A DNA stretch of 64,000 nucleotides, taken from the sequence record OR844650.1, one strand, 5' to 3'. The position numbers and the translations under genes were made by a program. Positions 1 through 11,578 of the stretch are shown here, in pieces (position 1 is the stretch's first letter; each line of letters opens with the position of its first letter). The notes under the pieces are model-generated. The model was given only the letters and a program-made list of their open reading frames with translations, did not search any database and was not told where the DNA came from.

Positions 1-168
1 TCCAATTTCAAACGCATCATAGCGATCCATTAGTCGCTGTGTTACTTTACTAAGTTGTTCAGGTGTTGGTTCAACTGCAAACTTAACTCGGTATTCATAA
101 ACTGGTTTCTTTTCAGTTAGGATTTGTTGTAATCTATTCATTTTAATAACTCCATAAGGTCGTTTAAG

Positions 169-2276
<2,108 letters not shown>

Positions 2277-2287
2277 TCATTATCTCC

Positions 2288-3064
2288 TTAAAATCCTACA
2301 CTACCAAAAACACGATCAATGATATCTAAACCTTGATTGACATTTTCAGGTAAAAGTGAATTAATTCTGGTACTATACATTTCTTCAATATTATCAAATT
2401 GTATACAATTATCTGGTTTGATAGTAACTACCATTTCAACTGGAGAACTTGAGCTATAATCTAATGAATCGTATGATATGTTTTGAATAACACATCCGGT
2501 TAAAACAAAGTATTCCATAACACCAGCACTGTTATATGAAGAACCACCAATAAATTGATCTACTGCATTTACTAAGCCAGAATTATTTGTTGCAGCAGTT
2601 GCAGCATCTACTAGAGTATCTCTTCCTAGATTTCCTAGTGTATCATCTGAGTTACGTCCACTCAACATCTGTATAACCAAACCAAATTTATAAGAACCAT
2701 AATCTTGGTCATTTCTGGAAGTTATTCTACGTTGAAAGTCAAGTTGTTTTTGTAATTGTCGTGATAATGCTTTTGCTGATGCATTACCAACTGAATCACG
2801 GATAGATATTGTAATTGGTTCCCAATCATGACTACCTATATAGGAAGTATTAGTAGTAAATTGATATAGTTTATGAGTACTAAATGTTACAGTAGGTCTA
2901 TCAATTTTATCAACATCTAATGCGATGTGATCACGTTCATCTATATCAGTACCGAAATTATACACAATAACACGAAACTTGTATTTTGCTTTCGGTTGTA
3001 GCATTGAACGATTACGCCCCGATGGTAAAGGAACGCCATATTTATTAATCATGTTATTTGCCAT
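2288..3064 (-). CDS. Tail tube protein paralog (gp19-like)
   Basis: 258 aa. Shares YGVPL..QPKAKYKFRV and RDSVGNASAKAL with the neighbouring tube gene; upstream TAAATA. Confidence 0.7.
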   Translation of the reverse strand: MANNMINKYGVPLPSGRNRSMLQPKAKYKFRVIVYNFGTDIDERDHIALDVDKIDRPTVTFSTHKLYQFTTNTSYIGSHDWEPITISIRDSVGNASAKALSRQLQKQLDFQRRITSRNDQDYGSYKFGLVIQMLSGRNSDDTLGNLGRDTLVDAATAATNNSGLVNAVDQFIGGSSYNSAGVMEYFVLTGCVIQNISYDSLDYSSSSPVEMVVTIKPDNCIQFDNIEEMYSTRINSLLPENVNQGLDIIDRVFGSVGF

Positions 3065-3110
3065 AGCAACCTCTTTTTTATTTTATAAGGCATTATACTT
3101 TATTTAGCAT

Positions 3111-3138
3111 AAAAAAAGCCCCGAATAGATTCGAGGCT
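3111..3138 (-). terminator. Intrinsic terminator
   Basis: Minus-strand stem AGCCTCGAA/TTCGGGGCT followed by T7. Confidence 0.8.
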
Positions 3139-3159
3139 ATATATTAAGTTTAAATAAAA

Positions 3160-3846
3160 TTAATTTTCGTAGAAGTTACTATCTGGTAGAGTAGTACTAC
3201 TAATATTAGTTTGTGCACCAGAAATAGAGGTAGCAGTTGATGGATTACCGAAGCCACTAACTTCATCACCGAACGCTTCGCCATTTGGACCCAATTTAGC
3301 ACAACCATCTGGTTGAACAGTCATTGAAATAACTTGTGCTTCACTTGAGGAATAATCCCAATCACCAAAGTTACTGGATTCAATAAAGCAACCTTGACAT
3401 ACCCAAGTACTCAATGTTCCTTCAAACAAGTTTGTTGTATTTTCACTATTAGAACCATCAAGTTCTTGAATCCACATTTCGAATTTAAATTGTGAATCAG
3501 TCATGCGAGATTCTTGACTGTAGTAGTTGAATTCTTTACGCATTTGGTTGTATAGTGCTTTAGCAGAAGCATTACCTACTGAGTCACGGAAAGCAACATC
3601 AATTGTATCCCAAGTGTACTTACCTTTATAGTGTGCAGAACTGTTGTAACTATGAACAGTGACATTTTCATGTGATACAGATACTGCCCCAACTGTATTG
3701 GTGTCTAGTGTAATCATATTACCATCATCATTAGTACCAAAGCCAAAGAAAATAACACGAAATTTGTATTTTGCTTTTGGTTGTTTCATAGAGATACGAC
3801 CACCGCCAGCGAGCGGTACGCCATATCGATCAAGCATTGTAGCCAT
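3160..3846 (-). CDS. Tail tube protein (gp19-like)
   Basis: 228 aa directly downstream of the sheath; gp19-like WDTIDVAFRD and FGDWDYSSS..ISMTVQPD; upstream TAAATA. Confidence 0.75.
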   Translation of the reverse strand: MATMLDRYGVPLAGGGRISMKQPKAKYKFRVIFFGFGTNDDGNMITLDTNTVGAVSVSHENVTVHSYNSSAHYKGKYTWDTIDVAFRDSVGNASAKALYNQMRKEFNYYSQESRMTDSQFKFEMWIQELDGSNSENTTNLFEGTLSTWVCQGCFIESSNFGDWDYSSSEAQVISMTVQPDGCAKLGPNGEAFGDEVSGFGNPSTATSISGAQTNISSTTLPDSNFYEN

Positions 3847-3908
3847 TTATATTCTCCTATTATGGAATGACATCTTTATATTATTTATCTATCTGGAAGT
3901 ATATTTTT

Positions 3909-4162
3909 AATTAACTAAAGTGTCATCAACAGGGAACCAATTAATATTAACACAATATAAGTATCTTTTTCGTTTAGTGTGGTCAATATAGTTTACTGAT
4001 ATAGACCATTTTCCATTTGTGTATACTTCGTATTTTTCAATTATACCGACAATCTTCCAAATTTTTTAAAAATATATTTAGTATGTGTACTGATTCCAAC
4101 TGAGTTAAAACTATTTTACTGACATCTTGTATTGTTTTTTTTAGTATTTCTTCCATATCCAT
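3909..4162 (-). pseudogene. Small hypothetical ORF apparently split by a frameshift in an A/T run
   Basis: GGAAC-type SD then MDMEEILKK.. (41 codons). A second frame, WKIVGIIEKY..DDTLVN, continues after TTTTTAAAAAATTT. Confidence 0.35.
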
Positions 4163-4209
4163 AATGTTCCTTTATAACATCAATATAAAGGTATTTAATT
4201 TTAATCAAT

Positions 4210-4236
4210 AAAAAAGGGAACCTTTTGGTTCCCTTA
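4210..4236 (-). terminator. Intrinsic terminator after the sheath gene
   Basis: Stem AAGGGAACC/GGTTCCCTT followed by a T-run on the minus strand. Confidence 0.8.
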
Positions 4237-4241
4237 GTGTT

Positions 4242-6905
4242 TTATTGAGTTTTCTCGATACGGATTGGTACGTAAATGAAGTTAATACTCTTAGTTGGTT
4301 GAATTGCAATATCCATCCAAAGTTCATTACGGTCAATACGCTCTGCGGTGTTGTTACTTTCATCACAAACCACTGCGAAGTTATAAAGACCCTGTTGTTG
4401 AACAATTTCAGCCAAGAAGCTATTAACTACACCACTAAATTCCTGACGAGTACTTGGAGTATTCAAACGGAATAGGAATGGTTCGGAAATAATTTCTAGT
4501 TGACGACGAATATAAACAACTAAACGAGCAACGTTAACACGACTTAGTGCAGAAGTTTGATTAGCAGATAGAGTTTTATCTCCATAAACAAGCAAACCAC
4601 GGTTAGGACGCATTGCAATTGGGTTAATGTTGTTAGTATACATAACGTCACGTTGACCTTGGTTGTATACTACTGGTTGATATTCACCTTCGCTGTTGAT
4701 AAAACCAGTACTTGCAGCGTTTGTTACAACACCACGAGTTGTACCAGCAGGTGGATACCATACATAACTAACACTATCACTGTATGCATATGTACGCATT
4801 GCAATAGTACTACCAGGAACTGCAACTTCTTCACCATCAACGTTAGTACTTAGACACCAACCCATATACTGAGCAGCATAATCATAAGCAGTTGTACGAC
4901 CAACTGAACCGTTGCTTGGTGCATTGTTAGCATTAGTAGCCCATTGTTGTACAGCACTACCGTTTCCGGTTGGATTCAAACGTGCTGGAACGTCAGTTAC
5001 AATAAATGCAGTTTCTTTACGATCAGTGTTTAAAGTTACACATTCATCAAGTGTTTCAACGTAACCAGGTACACAAATTAGGTTAAAATCAATAAATTCA
5101 GAACGAATGTCATCATTACCAATAATAACAGCAGCTAGTGCTTCAACTACTAGTTGACGTTGTGCAGCACGACCAAATAGGCCAGCACCATCAAGACTTA
5201 CACCACTAACAACTTCCCATTGACCATTAACCATTTTCTTAACAACACCTTCAGTGTTACCTAGGTCAACTGCAAGCATACCATTTTGATACAATGCCGC
5301 AGCAGGAACTTGGCTTGGGAAATTAAAGTCTTGGAAAATCATACCATTTAGTGTACTTTGATCAGTACTGTCAAGTTTAACCCATTCACCATCAACGTTA
5401 CGATAGAAATCATAACCATCAATGCCTTGAGACAAAGGACAAACCCAAATTAAACGGTCAGCCGCTGGTTCATCAACTTGTACATATTTGTTTTCTTCTT
5501 GTACTAGATCCCATTGATCATTAGCAACATCAGCAACATACATAGTTACAGTTAGATTATCGGAGTTCCCGAAATCATACCAGAGAGTTCCTTCTTTTGC
5601 TACACTACGTGGTACTGAATAACTAACACGGAAGTTATTAACGTTAATTAGAGAGTAGTTGTTACTATCTACAGTTAGTTTTTGTAGTTCAGGTTCAGCA
5701 AAAATATCATCACCACTTTGTGTGATTTTGAAACTGTAACCTTTTGTATTGGAAACAACTAAACCACCATTAGTTTCACGTTTAAATTTAAAACCATCGT
5801 TAATAATTTCAGCATTTGCATTTAGATTATTGATGATAGTTTGGGTATTAATAACACCGCCTTGTGGAACTGCTAGTACTTTAACTGATTTATTCAAATA
5901 AACAAAAGTCATATAACTATCAGCACCTGCTTGTTCAATAATAGTTTCACCAAGTGGCAAAGCAGGAGCACTAATTGTTGTTAGTTTTGCACTTTGAATA
6001 TAGAAAGAGAAACTCTTACTATCTTCATCAAAACGAGATGCGATATAACTATTGTTTAGTACACCACTTTTCGCTTCAATTTCTTGGAATGAATTACCAG
6101 TATATGCTGGTACAATATTCCAAACTTGAGTTAGGGATGCATAACGTTTAATAACAAAACGAGTACCAAAATAGTTTGAACCATTTTGGGTGTAACCATC
6201 ACGAATCCAAATGTTACCTTTTTCTACAGTTGAGCCAACTGGAACTTTGTTAATTGGTGATAGATAAGTTTCCATTTGCACTAGCCCAGAAGCAGAACGT
6301 TTATACATTAGCATCTGACCATTGCTTGGTTTGTAACGTAGAACTAAATCATCAACATTTAAACCTACTAGACTTACATCTTCAACTTCTTCAGCACTTA
6401 CAATAGTTACTGGCTTAAGTTGCCAATCATAAAAACTGCTTGGACTATCTTTCTTCGCTACATACGCTTCTACTTGTGATTGTGCGGTATCAAACCACAA
6501 AGTACCATTGGATACTGGGCCAGTTGGTGCTTCAGCACTTGGTGCTAGTTGTGCTAGATCGATATCAGCACGAATTACATATGCACGGTTAGTAATGCCT
6601 AGATAAGAATATACTGCATGTAGGCCATATTCGTTTAGTTCATCACCTTGAACAACAGAACCGTTATTCATTTGAAAAATTGGTGTACCATAGGTATCAA
6701 GTGAGCTTTTTTGTGATGTTAGAAGCTGTAGTTTTCCAGCGTTTGCTTTAGTAGTTCCCGCAGCTATTGCACTGCTTCCTGGGACAAGTTTGTCTTCAGC
6801 AGTAGCGATTACAAATAGTGGTACAGTGCCAGGAGCAGCAGCGGTACTCATACTTTCATCAGTTACTGAAATGGAAACGCCAGGTGAGAGTAGATCTCCT
6901 GCCAT
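4242..6905 (-). CDS. Contractile tail sheath protein (gp18-like)
   Basis: 887 aa. N-terminal LSPGVSISVTDES; C-terminal sheath motifs WYPPAG..RG, NINPI, YGDKTL, RVNVARL, CDESNN..IDRNEL..IQP.KSINFI. Confidence 0.95.
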   Translation of the reverse strand: MAGDLLSPGVSISVTDESMSTAAAPGTVPLFVIATAEDKLVPGSSAIAAGTTKANAGKLQLLTSQKSSLDTYGTPIFQMNNGSVVQGDELNEYGLHAVYSYLGITNRAYVIRADIDLAQLAPSAEAPTGPVSNGTLWFDTAQSQVEAYVAKKDSPSSFYDWQLKPVTIVSAEEVEDVSLVGLNVDDLVLRYKPSNGQMLMYKRSASGLVQMETYLSPINKVPVGSTVEKGNIWIRDGYTQNGSNYFGTRFVIKRYASLTQVWNIVPAYTGNSFQEIEAKSGVLNNSYIASRFDEDSKSFSFYIQSAKLTTISAPALPLGETIIEQAGADSYMTFVYLNKSVKVLAVPQGGVINTQTIINNLNANAEIINDGFKFKRETNGGLVVSNTKGYSFKITQSGDDIFAEPELQKLTVDSNNYSLINVNNFRVSYSVPRSVAKEGTLWYDFGNSDNLTVTMYVADVANDQWDLVQEENKYVQVDEPAADRLIWVCPLSQGIDGYDFYRNVDGEWVKLDSTDQSTLNGMIFQDFNFPSQVPAAALYQNGMLAVDLGNTEGVVKKMVNGQWEVVSGVSLDGAGLFGRAAQRQLVVEALAAVIIGNDDIRSEFIDFNLICVPGYVETLDECVTLNTDRKETAFIVTDVPARLNPTGNGSAVQQWATNANNAPSNGSVGRTTAYDYAAQYMGWCLSTNVDGEEVAVPGSTIAMRTYAYSDSVSYVWYPPAGTTRGVVTNAASTGFINSEGEYQPVVYNQGQRDVMYTNNINPIAMRPNRGLLVYGDKTLSANQTSALSRVNVARLVVYIRRQLEIISEPFLFRLNTPSTRQEFSGVVNSFLAEIVQQQGLYNFAVVCDESNNTAERIDRNELWMDIAIQPTKSINFIYVPIRIEKTQ

Positions 6906-6955
6906 ATTAAATCCTCCAAAAATAATTGGTTATTCGAAATATATTCGTATAGTCT

Positions 6956-6961
6956 TATTTA
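6956..6961 (-). promoter_or_regulatory. T4-like late promoter core TAAATA upstream of the sheath
   Basis: The same minus-strand core also sits upstream of other genes at 3101-3106, 3882-3887, 8814-8819, 21550-21555 and 24801-24806, with full TATAAATA at 34809-34816. Confidence 0.65.
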
Positions 6962-6999
6962 TTGAAGGATTTAATTGTCCAGTCCTTATTGTTTATAAT

Positions 7000-7626
7000 T
7001 TATGTATTAGAATAAATAATGTCCATTGCTTTTTTATGTAAATCATCAATAGTACTGTTATTCTGTACAATTATATCAGGATTGTTTATGCCAATCCAAG
7101 CCCACTCAGATTCGTGTACTGTTTCTAGTTCAACTGGTTTAATATTAATATCCCCTTTATTATAAGAGGCCGCCAAACCATACCAATATGGTAGAACACG
7201 TTGAACTTCAATAATAGTCCCATTTTGCGATCTAATCATTTTTAATTCATTTGGAAAACGGCAATCAGTGATGATGATATTTCCATCTATTTCTTGCATT
7301 GATTTTTCTAAACTGAATACCCAAATATCATTATGAAAATACTTACGCAAAATATTAGTACCATAATTCTGCAATACCCATCGAGGGGATACATCACTAC
7401 GACCTAACTTATCACACCAGTACTGGTCCGGTTCTTCACGAATCTTACGACTTTCCTTAGTTGAACCTTCAAGCATTTCACGATCCCATCCAAAAATAGC
7501 AGCAACGGAATCTTTAAGATTAGTTGCAAATGACATTCTGGTGTAACCATTATTAATAAAAGTTTCTCCAAAAGTATCTTTACCACTTCCAATAGTACCG
7601 TTAATTGCAATTATTTGTCTTTCCAT
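7000..7626 (-). CDS. Deoxynucleoside monophosphate kinase (T4 gp1-like)
   Basis: P-loop GTIGSGKDT, SFATNLK, PRWVLQNYGT, DCRFPNE, HESE. Confidence 0.9.
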   Translation of the reverse strand: MERQIIAINGTIGSGKDTFGETFINNGYTRMSFATNLKDSVAAIFGWDREMLEGSTKESRKIREEPDQYWCDKLGRSDVSPRWVLQNYGTNILRKYFHNDIWVFSLEKSMQEIDGNIIITDCRFPNELKMIRSQNGTIIEVQRVLPYWYGLAASYNKGDINIKPVELETVHESEWAWIGINNPDIIVQNNSTIDDLHKKAMDIIYSNT

Positions 7627-7644
7627 AATACTTCTCCATGTATA

Positions 7645-7914
7645 TTATATAAGTACTACTAAATCCTTTCCTACTAAACATTCAAGGAATTGAACTATAA
7701 ACTCGCTCCCATAATATATAGTAACATAAGTGATGTAGAATGTTTCTCCATTATCATCACGACATATACTCGCCCACGCGTTTATTCGATCTCTACCGAA
7801 AACATCAACGATTGATTCTTTTAAAAATTTCCAGAATTTTTCTGTTGACTCATAATCTAATGTAGGTGCACCACAACTATATTTGTTATACATTGCATTT
7901 ATGTTATTATTCAT
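7645..7914 (-). CDS. Hypothetical protein
   Basis: 89-aa ORF tiling between genes, with upstream TGATATAAT and AGGA SD. Confidence 0.6.
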   Translation of the reverse strand: MNNNINAMYNKYSCGAPTLDYESTEKFWKFLKESIVDVFGRDRINAWASICRDDNGETFYITYVTIYYGSEFIVQFLECLVGKDLVVLI

Positions 7915-7959
7915 GACAAGTTCCTTTAGATTAATAGTATCATTATATCACATAATGTG

Positions 7960-7987
7960 AAAAAGACTCCATATAGGAGTCTTTTTT
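7960..7987. terminator. Bidirectional-type intrinsic terminator
   Basis: AAAAAGACTCC-ATATA-GGAGTCTTTTTT. Confidence 0.8.
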
Positions 7988-7990
7988 AAT

Positions 7991-8797
7991 TTAACCAATA
8001 ATCATACCTAGTGGTTCAGCACCATCTTGATAACGTTTCAAACGCTCTTTAAGCTGTTCCTGAAGTTGTAATCCTTCATTACGTAATGTATCACCATCCA
8101 TAGAAAACGTTCCCTGTGGACCTGGAAGAGAAGCAAATTTGGCACGGTTACGACCCAACATAATCATGGCTTCAGACAATGCCCAATCACGTAGCCAAGG
8201 ATAACTTTGCTGTCTTTGAAACAACAATGGTTCAGGAATATTATGATATACGTGTAATAGTACTTCTTCAGTACCGCGAATATCACGATCTATAATTAAT
8301 TTTTTGGTCATTGGGTTAAATTGAAATATAATATCACGACCAAACATACGACCTACCAGTTCTTGGAACTGAAAACTAAAATCATATGTAGTTAGATCAT
8401 ATCCACCTGCATTTCGTGCTGAAGTCAATAAGTAAGTGTTGGTGAATGCTAGAGAAAACGGATCTACTGAGTTCCCACTACCAGAACTTAAGTAACCATT
8501 ACCATAACGATAAATCTTTTTAACAATTTCAACTTCAGTTGGTAGCATATATACAGATTGTGAATCATAAAATTTCATATTTAAAAATGCTTCTTCTTTA
8601 GAAGCAGAACTCCACGCTCTGTAATTCGATACCGCATTATCAATTGCAATTTCTAATTGACCATCAGTAATTTCTACCTCAACGGCCCCAGCACCCAACA
8701 TTTGAGTGATAACATCTTTCAGTTTTTCACGATGGTCAAAGTTAGGAGCATCAGGGTTTCCACCCATATAATCGTAAGACATAAAAAAGCACCTCAT
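7991..8797 (-). CDS. Neck protein (T4 gp13-like)
   Basis: LKDVITQMLGAGAVEVEITDGQLEIAID and WLRDWALSEAMIMLGRNR.KF..LPG..MDG.L; upstream TAAATA. Start probably at MSYDY. Confidence 0.85.
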   Translation of the reverse strand: MRCFFMSYDYMGGNPDAPNFDHREKLKDVITQMLGAGAVEVEITDGQLEIAIDNAVSNYRAWSSASKEEAFLNMKFYDSQSVYMLPTEVEIVKKIYRYGNGYLSSGSGNSVDPFSLAFTNTYLLTSARNAGGYDLTTYDFSFQFQELVGRMFGRDIIFQFNPMTKKLIIDRDIRGTEEVLLHVYHNIPEPLLFQRQQSYPWLRDWALSEAMIMLGRNRAKFASLPGPQGTFSMDGDTLRNEGLQLQEQLKERLKRYQDGAEPLGMIIG

Positions 8798-8832
8798 TAA
8801 TGTTTATATACATTATTTAGAGGTGCTAATAG

Positions 8833-9051
8833 TTATTTTGAATTATACAAGCAGTACAGGTATACCAATGGAGTAAAATGTTCGGAATCTATTATATATA
8901 TTAACTGAGTAACATATATTCCATATAGATCTCGTGATTTATCTCTGTACATTAACAATGATTTATTTAAGTAAGGATCAACCCAGTACTTAATATCATT
9001 GTACTTCAACGTGTTATTACGGTAACCTGACAGTTTCGAATTTTTATTCAA
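8833..9051 (-). CDS. Hypothetical protein
   Basis: 72-aa ORF overlapping the upstream stop. Confidence 0.5.
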   Translation of the reverse strand: MNKNSKLSGYRNNTLKYNDIKYWVDPYLNKSLLMYRDKSRDLYGIYVTQLIYIIDSEHFTPLVYLYCLYNSK

Positions 9052-9421
9052 TTTTCTTACAATTACTCAGTAAGTGAATGATATCATCAGCAGTGAATGG
9101 TCCCAATACCAGAACTTCTTCACCATTACCGAAAATGCTCAATGGTACTGATTGCTGACCAGCTAGATATTCAATTTGTTCCAGTTCGAAAATGTCATCA
9201 GCAGCATAAACTACCTGCTCCATTTCATTATCTTTAATCCATGACTGCCAATGTTCTTTAAACTTCTTAGCTTCGTATTCTTGAACATAGTTAGGTGATT
9301 CAGGGTTGTATTGATGTAACATAGTCATCCCAGCCATTACTAATTCTTTAGGGGATGGTGTAGAATCTTTCAGTACTACGATAGCTTGGATAGTTTTTAC
9401 TTTAACGTCATTAGCAGCCAT
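9044..9421 (-). CDS. Degenerate PTH2 (peptidyl-tRNA hydrolase 2)-fold protein
   Basis: QAIVVLKD at the N-terminus and VLVLGPFTADDIIHLLSNCKK at the C-terminus match the PTH2 pattern; the QxAHA motif is absent. Confidence 0.45.
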   Translation of the reverse strand: MAANDVKVKTIQAIVVLKDSTPSPKELVMAGMTMLHQYNPESPNYVQEYEAKKFKEHWQSWIKDNEMEQVVYAADDIFELEQIEYLAGQQSVPLSIFGNGEEVLVLGPFTADDIIHLLSNCKKIE

Positions 9422-9433
9422 TATATACCTCTA

Positions 9434-9751
9434 TTATAGAATGATTTTATTCTCAGGAACGAAAACTTTTGGAGTGTTTTCGATTGCTTTAATAGCATCA
9501 ACATAAGCATCAACTAATGCAGGGTTTGCATCACTAACACTAATAATGTTGGATTTATAAAAAATAACATTTTTCTCCATACTAACAAACTCTAGATAAT
9601 CACGAAGAATGATTTCACCATTTTCGTCAGTCCCTAGTTGTGCTGGGTAGTTAACTACAACAGCTTCAGCAGAATCGGTTTGTAGAACTGCTAGTACTGG
9701 GCCAATGTTATTGATGTTTAGTAGTTTAACGGTCATAGTCATTTTTGTCAA
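9434..9751 (-). CDS. Hypothetical protein, possibly Sm-like fold
   Basis: 105 aa, beta-rich, ending NIISVSDANPALVDAY as in T4-like small beta proteins. Confidence 0.45.
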   Translation of the reverse strand: MTKMTMTVKLLNINNIGPVLAVLQTDSAEAVVVNYPAQLGTDENGEIILRDYLEFVSMEKNVIFYKSNIISVSDANPALVDAYVDAIKAIENTPKVFVPENKIIL

Positions 9752-9761
9752 GTCCTTTTGT

Positions 9762-10238
9762 TTATTTTAGAATGTATAAGTGTTTTTCTGCATTGACCAG
9801 TCGGTGATCAATGATTTCTTTGATAACGTTCCAGTTACCGCCGCCCAAATCGGCTCCAATTTTCGGGAAGTGTACATGAACATCTCGATCAACTTTACAA
9901 AAATAATTTAGATGTTTGAACACATCGTCGATTGCATCATAACTGACATATTTAGCACCGTCATTACCGTACATTTTTTGGGTAATACAGTTTGCAATAA
10001 TCAAATTATCGTTAATTGCTGAATATGCAATTTGTCCAATTCTAAGAAATCCCATTTCCTTTTCATATGCTTTATAATCATCATATGCCATTGGGTAACG
10101 ATTTCTTAGCTCTTTTGCAAAACCTGAACCCATTTTACCCTGTGCGTTACAACCATGAGCAATTATATGTATTGCTGTTTTATCATCTGTAACAGTACTG
10201 AATAATTCAAACAGATTACCTCGGTGTTCATGAATCAT
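9762..10238 (-). CDS. Macro domain (ADP-ribose processing) protein, T4 Tk.4/DarG-like
   Basis: HGCNAQGKMGSGFA, TQKMYG, FPKIGADLGGGNW. Confidence 0.9.
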   Translation of the reverse strand: MIHEHRGNLFELFSTVTDDKTAIHIIAHGCNAQGKMGSGFAKELRNRYPMAYDDYKAYEKEMGFLRIGQIAYSAINDNLIIANCITQKMYGNDGAKYVSYDAIDDVFKHLNYFCKVDRDVHVHFPKIGADLGGGNWNVIKEIIDHRLVNAEKHLYILK

Positions 10239-10287
10239 TATATTCTCCGAAAAGAAAGGACTCTGTGATCAGAGTCCTTATTTTAAA

Positions 10288-10545
10288 TTATTCTTCTTCA
10301 CCGAAACGGATTTTCTTTAATTCTTTTCGATGCTTTCTAGCTATTGTACTTTTGTGAAGTCTATTACTGCGTTTTGTGTCTTTTGTAATGTACCATGAAT
10401 CTTCTGGTGCATCATAATCACAAAATCCATCTTCCGTAATTGTTCCTAAAAATGCAGATTTTTTAGGAATATTAGTTTGAGCTTTAGCCTGAAATTGACC
10501 TTTTGCTAATTGTTCACGAAAACTGAGCATAATAGTATCTCCCAA
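10288..10545 (-). CDS. Hypothetical basic protein
   Basis: 85-aa ORF followed by a terminator at 10250-10285. Confidence 0.6.
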   Translation of the reverse strand: MGDTIMLSFREQLAKGQFQAKAQTNIPKKSAFLGTITEDGFCDYDAPEDSWYITKDTKRSNRLHKSTIARKHRKELKKIRFGEEE

Positions 10546-10576
10546 ATTGTTAAGAAGAACTTTTTGTTCTTCACAT

Positions 10577-10828
10577 TTATTTAGGGTTGCCAGAAACCTT
10601 CACATATTTGATAAATGCCAAAATATCATCTTTACTAAAAGATTTTACAATAAATTCGACAGCGGAATCATACTGTTCTTGTTTAGATAGATATTCTTTC
10701 ATCTTGTTAATTTTAATCTGGGCTTTTTCTTTAGCTATTGAAATATCAGGAATTTTGAACTCTACTCCCAACGTATCAGCTAGTTGTTTTGCACGAGATG
10801 ATACTTTTTCAATATCCATTAGTTCCAA
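10577..10828 (-). CDS. Hypothetical protein
   Basis: 83-aa ORF coupled to the glutaredoxin gene. Confidence 0.6.
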   Translation of the reverse strand: MELMDIEKVSSRAKQLADTLGVEFKIPDISIAKEKAQIKINKMKEYLSKQEQYDSAVEFIVKSFSKDDILAFIKYVKVSGNPK

Positions 10829-11067
10829 CGACCTTCTTTAAGACCTTCAATAAACCCAGTACAACCACCTGGTACATAAATGTCATTTACGAAAATTTGA
10901 GGAACTTGACGAACTGGTTCACCACAAATTTCAGACAGTTTTGAACCATCGATACCTTCAGCAACAATATCTACAAACTCCATTTCAAATTTATTTTGTT
11001 CACATACAGCTTTTGCAGTGTCGCAAAATTTACAACCAGTCTTGCGACCATAAATTTTAACTTTCAT
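10819..11067 (-). CDS. Glutaredoxin (NrdC/NrdH-like)
   Basis: CKFC active site and VPQIFV..GGC. Confidence 0.92.
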   Translation of the reverse strand: MKVKIYGRKTGCKFCDTAKAVCEQNKFEMEFVDIVAEGIDGSKLSEICGEPVRQVPQIFVNDIYVPGGCTGFIEGLKEGRWN

Positions 11068-11068
11068 G

Positions 11069-11501
11069 TTATTTCCTTCTATTTCTTTGAAAAGCTTTAA
11101 CAGCTTTAATAATACTGTTACACATTCGTTCAGTCAAATACTTTTGACATTCTCGTACATCAATGTACATGAACTTATCCAATTCTGGATGACTCTTACC
11201 ATATCTATTAGTGTAAGTACTTTTACAAACTAATTCATCTGGTATTGGTTTGTCTTTGGCAGTATAAAAGAAAAGTACTAACCTTTTTCCCTTTCTATAG
11301 GATACATCACCAAGAAACAGAAGATCATCTTCATCGATTTCGTATCCTGTCTCTTCGAAACATTCACGTACAGCAGCTTCTTTGAAAGTTTCATTACCCT
11401 CAGCTTTCCCTTTAGGTAAATCCCAATGATTCTGTCCGTGTTGTATGTCCGATAAGTATCTGACCATCACGATAAAATATTATACCACAACTATAACGCA
11501 T
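11069..11501 (-). CDS. Nudix hydrolase, with apparent +1 frameshift near 11438
   Basis: Nudix box PKGKAEGNETFKEAAVRECFEETG. The true N-terminus MRYSCGIIFYRDGQILIGHTT (ATG 11501) is in a different frame. Confidence 0.85.
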
Positions 11502-11542
11502 ATCTTATCTCTTTGTCATCAATCGATGTTCAGATACTAATA

Positions 11543-11570
11543 ATTATATCAGTTATTGGTTTTTTGTCCC
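11543..11570 (-). promoter_or_regulatory. Promoter GGGACA-N16-TATAAT with extended -10
   Basis: GGGACA aaaaaccaataactga TATAAT upstream of the Nudix ATG. Confidence 0.65.
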
Positions 11571-11578
11571 ACTATTTT

